A stretch of DNA of 64,000 nucleotides from positions 35,726 to 99,725 of IMG/VR virus record IMGVR_UViG_3300021057_000011. One strand, given 5' to 3'. This stretch comes from a virus. A program made the position numbers and the translations under genes. Below the pieces are notes generated by a model. That model was not told where the DNA came from, did no database searches, and was given only the letters and a program-made list of their open reading frames with translations. Numbering within the stretch: position 1 is the stretch's first letter; every line of letters starts with the position of its first letter. Shown piece by piece: positions 18,151 to 24,981 of the stretch.

Positions 18151-18225
18151 AAGTTTCACCTTTCTGGTTTTAGCTATTCTTCGTCAAGATCCATTACTTT
18201 AAGGGGGTCGGATGGTTTGCATGGG

Positions 18226-18435
18226 TTAACTCTCTCCTTCGGTAGTCATGAGTTGTCGGTACATCTGCCAGCGTTTTTCAACGTCGGCCAAGTAGCGGTT
18301 GAGCTGGTCGAAGCTGTGGGGTTTGGTTTCATCGCCTTGATCCAGCAGCTCGTCCAAAAAGGCGGCAGCAGAGGACAGGGCATAGTAGAGCTGCTCCGCG
18401 ATCGGGTAGACGGAAACGGCGTTAGGTTTCATCAC
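18226..18435 (-). CDS. Small early hypothetical protein
   Basis: AAGGAG SD; overlap-coupled. Confidence 0.65.
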   Translation of the reverse strand: MMKPNAVSVYPIAEQLYYALSSAAAFLDELLDQGDETKPHSFDQLNRYLADVEKRWQMYRQLMTTEGES

Positions 18436-18778
18436 AGTGGGGCTCCTTATTCAAGATCATGTGGATGTAGCGGAGCTCCTCTTCGAAATCAAGGGTGAGG
18501 AGTTTAGTGAGGCCGTGCTGTGCCGCCTCCAGGGTGGGGTACGTTTCGAAATCACCCAGCTCATACCGCCCATCTGGTTCGGCGTTGTAGAGCCGGGCCT
18601 GGACGTTGTAGTACCAGCCAGGATCAAACACCGGGTCGGTTTCTTTCATCAGGGTGCAGATGTCGAACACCCTGCCGGGTTTAGTTGGGTGTGGAATATG
18701 GGCCCGCCATTCCGTCCCTGGTGAGGACTCAGTCCAGATAAGTCCCATGTAGCGACGCGGAGAATCAACCTGTGACAT
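18422..18778 (-). CDS. Early hypothetical protein
   Basis: Start MSQVD after GGGAG. Confidence 0.65.
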   Translation of the reverse strand: MSQVDSPRRYMGLIWTESSPGTEWRAHIPHPTKPGRVFDICTLMKETDPVFDPGWYYNVQARLYNAEPDGRYELGDFETYPTLEAAQHGLTKLLTLDFEEELRYIHMILNKEPHCDET

Positions 18779-19358
18779 GGAAGATCTCCCACTGCTTGGC
18801 TTCCTGCCGCTCTTTTTTAACTGCTTCAACGACCTCGGCCAGCTCTTCTTTCAGCCGCTCCTCGGCATACTCCTGCCCGACATAGCCCCAGCAGGAATCC
18901 CGGTCCTCGCCATCGACTTCGATCACCCAGCCCCAGCAGTTGCCATTGCACCAGTCGCTGTACTCCTGCAGGCAGTGGGTGATTTGCTTTTGCAGCCGCT
19001 CCTCGGGGGTGACGGTATCCCAGGGGTCTTGCTTGTAGGCCGCGTGGTCCTCGATCAGATTGGGGCCGAGGATGAAGTAGCCGGCGAAGGAAACGTCCCA
19101 TTCCCGGTCCGGGTAATCGCCCTGATCGCGCAGTCCGTAATGCACCAGCCCGTGCTCGTAGCGTTCGATCGGGAAGGCCAACGGATCATCCTGGTACTGC
19201 TCCAAAAGGCTGTGGTTGTAGTTCATCCGGCCGCGCTCGAAGAGCTTCAGCTCTCCGTCGTCACCCAAGGGGCAGGAGCAATCTGGGTCCTGCTCGAGCC
19301 AGCCTCGGATGGCAACCCCTTCGACAATGATCGTTTGTTCGCATTCACGGTGTACCAT
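18765..19358 (-). CDS. Acidic early protein with W-C-N-G...DSCWGY motif
   Basis: About 43 D/E in 197 aa; the motif pattern resembles a recurrent phage early-protein family of unknown function. Confidence 0.7.
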   Translation of the reverse strand: MVHRECEQTIIVEGVAIRGWLEQDPDCSCPLGDDGELKLFERGRMNYNHSLLEQYQDDPLAFPIERYEHGLVHYGLRDQGDYPDREWDVSFAGYFILGPNLIEDHAAYKQDPWDTVTPEERLQKQITHCLQEYSDWCNGNCWGWVIEVDGEDRDSCWGYVGQEYAEERLKEELAEVVEAVKKERQEAKQWEIFHVTG

Positions 19359-19848
19359 CTTCCCAAATCAGTCCTTTCGCAAAGTAATAGCCGTCCCGGA
19401 TCGGCGGGCCGTGGAAATCCGTCTGAATGTTCGGAGCCCGGTCCCCGCTGTAGGTTTTTGTCTTGCTCTCCGGGTGCTTGGCGAAGAGACAGTAGTAATA
19501 GACCTCATAGCCGGAGGCCCGGTTGACATAGCCCGTGACGCGGAACCCGGTCCAGACCAGCTCATTGGAGGCTTTGAGCAGATCCTTCAGGTAGGCCAAA
19601 ATGGCGAGTGGGTCCGCGTCCCGTAGCCAGTTCAGGTAGTTTTTGGCCTTAGGTAGATGCCTATCCCCGGCGGCCTTGCGCTGCTCATAGGGGAGCCGGT
19701 CGCCGTAAGCGTTCCAGAATTTGTCCCGTTCCTCATAGATGTCGGGGAACTCGAACTGGCGGATCAGCATGTTGTTCGCCGGCCGCGGGTTAGAGTAATG
19801 CATCGCCCCAAACCGATACGGTTCAGCATGGCTAACTCGACGTTCCAT
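19345..19848 (-). CDS. Early hypothetical protein (WTGFRV...NRASGY...LFAK)
   Basis: AAGGAGGT SD before MERRV. Confidence 0.7.
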   Translation of the reverse strand: MERRVSHAEPYRFGAMHYSNPRPANNMLIRQFEFPDIYEERDKFWNAYGDRLPYEQRKAAGDRHLPKAKNYLNWLRDADPLAILAYLKDLLKASNELVWTGFRVTGYVNRASGYEVYYYCLFAKHPESKTKTYSGDRAPNIQTDFHGPPIRDGYYFAKGLIWEDGTP

Positions 19849-20317
19849 CTCCCACCTCCTTTTCGCACAGATCTTGCAGGGTGTGAAGAATCCGCTCGGC
19901 CCAGTCATAGGCGCAATCGGCCTCTTCCTGGTTGCGGGCATCGCGTTCCCATATCGCCAGAATGCGCTGAAACCGTTCCAGCGGCGGCAGAGGAATCCGC
20001 CCATCCGCCAATTGCTCCAACTCGAGCTTGATGCACAGCCACTCAAACTCCTCTTCGACGGGCGAGTAGGTCTGCTCCAGCCCGGGCTTGGTGATATAGG
20101 TCCGGCCGTAGCCATCGAGATGCGTGAAGTGTTCCCCCCGCTCGGTCTGGCTGGTTAGGTGGTAATGGAAGCGCAGGGTCGGCATGGGCGGGGCCAAATG
20201 GGTCGGTCCCCCGGGCGTGAGGGTGTACTTTTTCTGCGCGACGGGTTGAATGTTGTCGACTGTGGCGCGCACCAGAAGCTGCCCCACCTGTCGTTCATAG
20301 TAAATGGTCTCGGCCAT
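19832..20317 (-). CDS. Early hypothetical protein
   Basis: AAGGAGG SD; overlap-coupled. Confidence 0.7.
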   Translation of the reverse strand: MAETIYYERQVGQLLVRATVDNIQPVAQKKYTLTPGGPTHLAPPMPTLRFHYHLTSQTERGEHFTHLDGYGRTYITKPGLEQTYSPVEEEFEWLCIKLELEQLADGRIPLPPLERFQRILAIWERDARNQEEADCAYDWAERILHTLQDLCEKEVGDGTSS

Positions 20318-20843
20318 AGGGATCCTCCTTGGTGAGTTCGGTTTCGATCAGGGTGCGGATGTCTTCGAGCCTTTCTGCCTTCAGATTGAGCAGCTGAATA
20401 GGCGTGAGGGAGGAACACATTTGCGGCGGCATCAGGATTTGAATCTGCCGCGCCAGGGGGGGCTCTTTCAGCCGCCGCTGGTATTCCTCCCAGATGAGAT
20501 CGCTGACAGTCTGGATAGCGTCAACGAAATCCGTAGAGAGGTCTTCCGGCCCTTCGTCTTCCAGGGTGCTGTTGAGCCGCAGGCGGGCTTCACAGAGCAT
20601 CTGGAACCAGCTTTTGGGCCGGTACAGAGCCAATGTTTCGGTGAAGCGTTGTTCAGCGAGTTCCCGATCCTGGCGGCAGTACCGGCCCTCGAAATACTCC
20701 GAGGACTGACAATTGAACTTGTAGACGTGGTAGTCCCGGCTTCCGTCTTGTGCTTCCCAGTAGAGCAGCACCAGCCAGATTTCCGGCCGGGTTTCGATCT
20801 GCGCCTTTCGGAGGATATTGGGCTGGTTAAGGAGTGGGTGCAT
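20295..20843 (-). CDS. Early hypothetical protein
   Basis: AAGGAG SD; TGATG overlap. Confidence 0.7.
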   Translation of the reverse strand: MHPLLNQPNILRKAQIETRPEIWLVLLYWEAQDGSRDYHVYKFNCQSSEYFEGRYCRQDRELAEQRFTETLALYRPKSWFQMLCEARLRLNSTLEDEGPEDLSTDFVDAIQTVSDLIWEEYQRRLKEPPLARQIQILMPPQMCSSLTPIQLLNLKAERLEDIRTLIETELTKEDPYGRDHLL

Positions 20844-21244
20844 CAGATGTCTCCTTCGTCAAACAGATTCATGGGATCCTCGCACCACAGAACCGGGGGA
20901 TCCGGTAGCGGAACCCGCGTGGCCTGGTGGTGGATTTTCAGCTCCGTGTAGGCCGGGCCCATCGGGTCGAGCATAGAGCCGTACTCACAGGTCGAGACCT
21001 GGAAGTTGCCTTCGCGGATGGCGAAGGACATTTGCAGCTTCTCGTTGTAATTGATGGGCCGCAGGGTTTTGTCGCGGGGAAAGGTGCGCCAGAGGGCTCC
21101 GTCTTTCCAGACGAATTCCCCGATGCCGCCGACGATTCCAAACACTGCTTGGAGGCGGTGCTGAGGCTGCTCGGCCAGCATCCGCCAGGCCTCCAGAATG
21201 GTTGTGACATCCGAGCCGAGCGAGGGAAGAGTTGGCTTAGTCAT
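20843..21244 (-). CDS. Early hypothetical protein
   Basis: GAGGAGG SD. Confidence 0.7.
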   Translation of the reverse strand: MTKPTLPSLGSDVTTILEAWRMLAEQPQHRLQAVFGIVGGIGEFVWKDGALWRTFPRDKTLRPINYNEKLQMSFAIREGNFQVSTCEYGSMLDPMGPAYTELKIHHQATRVPLPDPPVLWCEDPMNLFDEGDI

Positions 21245-21407
21245 CCCAGCCCTCCTCTGCCCGGATCACCGGGTCATCGAAATAAAACCGCTCCATGTCC
21301 ATGTAGCACAGCTCCGTGGCGAGGTTGTAAGGCAGCACGGGCCGCTGCGGGGCGTTGTTGTCGGGCAGAATCAGAGCGAAGCGGGAAAAAGTTTTAGCTC
21401 TGGGCAT
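21237..21407 (-). CDS. Small early hypothetical protein (56 aa)
   Basis: AGGAGG SD before MPRAK. Confidence 0.6.
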   Translation of the reverse strand: MPRAKTFSRFALILPDNNAPQRPVLPYNLATELCYMDMERFYFDDPVIRAEEGWDD

Positions 21408-21603
21408 TCGTTTCCTCCTGTAAGGCCAGAGCGGCCAGTTCATTGCGGTACGTGTGCAGCAGTTTCGTGCCCCGCGCTTTTTGTCTTTGGCGGGCAGTAA
21501 GCTTCCTGTCCTCGGTTTGTGTGAGGAGGTAGGCATCGAGCTTGGTGAGGGTGTCTTCGAGAGCCCAAACCATTTCTTCAAGCGTTTGGCGGCGAGACAT
21601 CAA
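21394..21603 (-). CDS. Small helical early protein
   Basis: AAAGGAG SD; overlap-coupled. Confidence 0.65.
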   Translation of the reverse strand: MMSRRQTLEEMVWALEDTLTKLDAYLLTQTEDRKLTARQRQKARGTKLLHTYRNELAALALQEETNAQS

Positions 21604-21881
21604 CTGTCTCCTTTCAGTGCCGCCAGCGCCGCTGTCAGCTCGGGGTTTTCAATCAGCCCATAGAACTCCTGGCGGCGCAGAAGTTCCGCATCGAACTCCG
21701 CCTGGGATCCTGCGAACCAATGGCTCGTATCCCCCTCACAGTAGGAGAAGAACTCCAGCGTGGTGGGGTTGTACATGTCCCGCAGCAGACCTGGGCATTC
21801 GCCGGTCTCGAGGTCGATAAACCCGGGCAGATCGAAATCGTGCCCGGTGAGCTGAAGCGTGAAGCCGGTTTTGCGAATCAT
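21600..21881 (-). CDS. Small acidic early protein
   Basis: GGAGGT SD; ATGA overlap. Confidence 0.65.
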   Translation of the reverse strand: MIRKTGFTLQLTGHDFDLPGFIDLETGECPGLLRDMYNPTTLEFFSYCEGDTSHWFAGSQAEFDAELLRRQEFYGLIENPELTAALAALKGDS

Positions 21882-22213
21882 ACAGAAACCTCCGTTTCAA
21901 CTTTGATTTCAGCGCCGAAGGCATGGCAGACAATCGGCCCGCCTAGTTTCTCCGGCACCAGATTCCAGTCGTTCGGGTAGGGGATCAGCGGAAACTCGTC
22001 CCGCTTGGCTTGCTGGATCCGCCAGGCCGGCGGATCGTCCAGCAGGACACACACGCCCAGGTAGCCGTCCTCGGTGAAGTAGCCCACCGCCGTCCCGCTG
22101 CCCAGGCCGTTGAAGCAGACCCGAACCCGGCTCCCGATGGCGGGAATCCCGGCGGGATTCGACCACTTCAGCGGCGGCACAGGTTCGCTATGCGCAAAGT
22201 ACTGGGTGCTCAT
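21878..22213 (-). CDS. Early hypothetical protein (SH3/Tudor-like beta pattern)
   Basis: AGGAGG SD before MSTQY; IGSRVRV...GTAVGY pattern. Confidence 0.65.
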   Translation of the reverse strand: MSTQYFAHSEPVPPLKWSNPAGIPAIGSRVRVCFNGLGSGTAVGYFTEDGYLGVCVLLDDPPAWRIQQAKRDEFPLIPYPNDWNLVPEKLGGPIVCHAFGAEIKVETEVSV

Positions 22214-22578
22214 GCCAGCGCCTCCTGAATGAACTCGGGCAAGGTATCGCCTTTGCGGCGGCCCAAAAATTCGAACTGCGTGGCCCTGACATAGACCTTC
22301 TGGCGGCGCTGGCCGTCGTTTTCCCAGCTGTCGATGCGCAGGCTGCCCATCACCGACAGCAGCATGCCTTTGGCGGCATACTGTGCCAGGACTTCGGCCT
22401 GGCGATCCCAGAACTGGCAGCCGACCCAATCCGTAATCTGCTCGCCGTCGCGGGCATTGCCCGGGCGAGGAACGGCCAGGCGCAGCTCCACCACGGCCGA
22501 GCCCTCGACATAGCGCAGAGTGTCACGGACCTCATTTCCGACGTAGCCGATCAAGACAACTTGATTGTTTGTACTCAT
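22210..22578 (-). CDS. ssb: Bacterial-type single-stranded DNA-binding protein (OB fold only)
   Basis: NNQVVLIGYVG, LRLAV, TDWVGCQFWDRQAE, KGMLLSVMGSLRIDSWE and FEFLG; no acidic DDDIPF tail. Confidence 0.9.
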   Translation of the reverse strand: MSTNNQVVLIGYVGNEVRDTLRYVEGSAVVELRLAVPRPGNARDGEQITDWVGCQFWDRQAEVLAQYAAKGMLLSVMGSLRIDSWENDGQRRQKVYVRATQFEFLGRRKGDTLPEFIQEALA

Positions 22579-22591
22579 GCTGGCTTCCTCC

Positions 22592-23182
22592 TCAGGGCAC
22601 CGCATGCGCGGCAGCGTAATTGCTGATCTCGTCCATCGACGGCATCCGTGGCCGCACTTTGTCGTCTCCGATTTCGACCTGGTCGAGCCGGTAGCGGCGC
22701 ACGACATCGAAGAAGACCCGGTAATCGTCCGGGTGGGCATCTTCGAGACATTCAATGAAGTAATTTTCAGATGCCTCATCGTGGTCGATGGTGCCGCCGA
22801 GATGGTGCCAGGCCAGGGCGTATAGCGCCTTGATCAGGCAATCGTAACTTTTGCGGGCGGTTTTGGTGAAGGTGAAGGGTTCTTCATTTTCACGGTAGTC
22901 AGGGTTTTGAATCAGCAGATCTTCGTGCGGACCCATGACGTGGATGCGCTCAAGAGGATCGCCGTCCTCCGCCGGCCACAGCTTCCAGCGGCAGCACTCC
23001 CTCACGGCCTGCCCGTCCTGGTAGGCATCGTAGAGAGGATCGCCTTCTTCGCGGAGGGCCATGAAGGTCTCGTCGGCTTCGGGCACCTGAAAGGCTTTCA
23101 GTATGTCCAAGGCGGCGGCATTGAAAGCCGCCATTGTCTCCGGGGTCTCGGTCCAATTACTGTAGTACGCGGTGTATCCCAT
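22592..23182 (-). CDS. First gene of the early cluster, hypothetical (MGYT...FTKTARKSYD)
   Basis: AAAGGAG SD; motif resembles a recurrent phage hypothetical family. Confidence 0.75.
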   Translation of the reverse strand: MGYTAYYSNWTETPETMAAFNAAALDILKAFQVPEADETFMALREEGDPLYDAYQDGQAVRECCRWKLWPAEDGDPLERIHVMGPHEDLLIQNPDYRENEEPFTFTKTARKSYDCLIKALYALAWHHLGGTIDHDEASENYFIECLEDAHPDDYRVFFDVVRRYRLDQVEIGDDKVRPRMPSMDEISNYAAAHAVP

Positions 23183-23207
23183 AATCGTCTCCTTTTTCAG
23201 TGGGCTC

Positions 23208-23249
23208 AAAAAACGGCAAAAGCCCGGAAGGGAATCCCTTCCGGGCTTT
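23208..23249 (-). terminator. Terminator-like hairpin T3 in the early-operon leader
   Basis: 15-bp perfect arms (23219-23233/23235-23249) followed by TTTTGCCGTTTTTT. Confidence 0.6.
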
Positions 23250-23325
23250 GTCCGGGTCATAAGCGCCAGCGACATAACCAACGATACAAAGCGATGTTCA
23301 CAGTTCCTCCTGCAAATCGACAGAT

Positions 23326-23362
23326 AAAAAAAGGGCCCGGAGCTCACTCAAGCTCCGGGCCC
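23326..23362 (-). terminator. Intrinsic terminator T2
   Basis: 12-bp stem GGGCCCGGAGCT/AGCTCCGGGCCC plus T7. Confidence 0.8.
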
Positions 23363-23435
23363 GAAAGGTTTACATAGGAATATTTTTTCTAAGGGGATCC
23401 GATAGACAGTTCTTGGGAAACGGAATGGCGGCTCA

Positions 23436-23453
23436 AATAACGTACACGTTATT
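23436..23453. promoter_or_regulatory. Palindromic operator-like site
   Basis: AATAACGT-ac-ACGTTATT, perfect 8-bp arms. Confidence 0.4.
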
Positions 23454-23496
23454 CAGATTTTTTTCCGAGCCACTCTTTTTTCTACAGGCTCCCTAT

Positions 23497-23534
23497 AAAA
23501 ATCAGCCGCTGCATATAACAGCGGCTGATTTTTT
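23497..23534. terminator. Bidirectional intrinsic terminator T1
   Basis: 15-bp arms AAAAATCAGCCGCTG/CAGCGGCTGATTTTT, giving a T-run on both strands. Confidence 0.8.
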
Positions 23535-23672
23535 CTGCCACGGGACCGCCCTGTGGCCTAGAGAATTCAAGCACTTTCAGATTAAGAGCCGTTTATGATA
23601 GGGTTATCAAGGTTAAGGTTTAGGGTTAAACTTTGGTTAACAAAACCCATGGCCTCTAGGTTATGCGGCTTT

Positions 23673-24074
23673 TTAGGCGGCGACCAGGAAATCGGTTTTC
23701 AGCTGCCGCTGCAGCGCGGATTTTTTATTGGGGGCCGGGATGAAGCTGTAGCCCGTGCACTTTTCCAGAAAGGCCAGGTCCATGTCCACCGGCCGGTTGA
23801 TCAGCAGCCAGGTCTGCATTCCAGGGTGCCGGCGAACCAGCTGATCGGCCAGGGTCTTGCCGGTGAGCTCGTCCCCGGAGATGTAGAGATCGCTGATCAG
23901 CAGGCTCAGGTGCTCTTCAAAGTCGGGCGAGGACAGCGTAAACAAGGCCGCCTGCGCCGAGGTAAACGCCAAGACCTTTATCCCTTTGCGTTCAAACCAG
24001 GTGCGAATCAGCCCCCGGGTTTCCGAGCTCGTGTCAATCACGGCGACCAGGGCATTTTTGTCCAAATGCATCAT
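23673..24074 (-). CDS. Stand-alone CheY-like (pseudo-)receiver domain protein
   Basis: VAVIDTSSETRGLIRTWF..KG.KVLAFTSAQAAL, LLISDLY, TGKTLADQL: clear REC fold. Keeps the phospho-acceptor Asp but lacks the conserved Thr/Ser and Lys. Confidence 0.8.
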   Translation of the reverse strand: MMHLDKNALVAVIDTSSETRGLIRTWFERKGIKVLAFTSAQAALFTLSSPDFEEHLSLLISDLYISGDELTGKTLADQLVRRHPGMQTWLLINRPVDMDLAFLEKCTGYSFIPAPNKKSALQRQLKTDFLVAA

Positions 24075-24430
24075 CCGTTGGGGCTCCTTTTCTCCGGATG
24101 CTTGAGTTCCCAAATGCGATCATCGAGCGTCTTGAGGCGCAGATCGGTTTCCAGTTTTTCCGCCTTGTGGTTCCAAAGGTTGTGCTGTTCCATTTCGAGT
24201 CGCGACAGCCGTTCGTCGGTCTTGGTCTTGTACTCGCTGGTGCTGGTCGCGGAGGCCTTGCCTTCGAGGTCCTTGATCAGATCCATCTCGAGTTTGTCGA
24301 TCGCGGTCTTGAGATCCGACAGCGGCTCGACGATTTCTTTCTTGATCCACCAGCCGATCAAGGTTGCAAGGGCCCCCAGAATCACCAGTGCCACCGGCCA
24401 AAAGGTCCGGATCAACTCGAGCCAACTCAT
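24071..24430 (-). CDS. Single-TM coiled-coil protein (XhlA/holin-like architecture)
   Basis: Hydrophobic N-terminal helix, then KK, then a coiled coil; stop overlaps the receiver start. Confidence 0.7.
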   Translation of the reverse strand: MSWLELIRTFWPVALVILGALATLIGWWIKKEIVEPLSDLKTAIDKLEMDLIKDLEGKASATSTSEYKTKTDERLSRLEMEQHNLWNHKAEKLETDLRLKTLDDRIWELKHPEKRSPNG

Positions 24431-24451
24431 GGATTAATCTTTCTATTTTTT

Positions 24452-24480
24452 AGTATAACCACTTGTTTTAACATTCTCAA
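24452..24480 (-). promoter_or_regulatory. Sigma70-type promoter for the TM/receiver unit
   Basis: TTGAGA-17 bp-TATACT with AT-rich upstream DNA. Confidence 0.7.
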
Positions 24481-24545
24481 GACTCGCTCTGTCTATTTTT
24501 TAAGACGTTCTTTACGCTTTCGTTTTATTACATCTTTTTTCTTAT

Positions 24546-24575
24546 AAAAAAGGCCAGGAGCGGAGGCCCCCGGCC
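24546..24575 (-). terminator. Terminator ending the tail-fibre operon
   Basis: 9-bp GC-rich stem (2 G-U pairs) plus T6. Confidence 0.65.
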
Positions 24576-24594
24576 AGTGGATGGAAACACCCGG

Positions 24595-24981
24595 TTACGA
24601 GGTCAAGGCCTGCACGACCTCTTCCTCGGTCAGGTATTGCTTTTCAATCAGCAGGTCGATCAGTTTGGGGGCATTGTCCGACGTGATCTTGAGGGCCTGC
24701 GCCAGCTGCCAGGCCGCCTCAAGGGCCACTTCGTCAGCCACGGTGTCCAGCGCGAGCTGCTCCATTGCTGCCCGGTCTTCGGCCGAGGCCCATTTGTCCG
24801 CCGGCAGTAGGGGCTCCCCGGCATCGTCGACGAGCTCGGGCCCGTGAAACAGGATCCGGATCTGACTCAGGGGATCGGGGTGCGTGTGCAGGCCGTTGTT
24901 GCAGCCCACGCCCCCGTACCGGGTACCATAGCCGGCGGCATCGAAGGCCTTGGAAATTTCATGGGCCAGACTGAAGCGCAT
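24595..24981 (-). CDS. Tail fibre assembly/chaperone-like protein
   Basis: Follows the last fibre gene (TGATG overlap); helical C-terminus. Confidence 0.55.
   Translation of the reverse strand: MRFSLAHEISKAFDAAGYGTRYGGVGCNNGLHTHPDPLSQIRILFHGPELVDDAGEPLLPADKWASAEDRAAMEQLALDTVADEVALEAAWQLAQALKITSDNAPKLIDLLIEKQYLTEEEVVQALTS

Noticed and set aside
23598-23640. Telomere-like (TTAGGG) repeats or a linear-end signature
   Set aside because: Only one exact TTAGGG, located internally; better explained as regulator repeats or a small ORF.
23190-23670. tRNA or tmRNA in the structured intergenic region
   Set aside because: No D-loop/T-loop consensus or cloverleaf; the stems are terminator-like.
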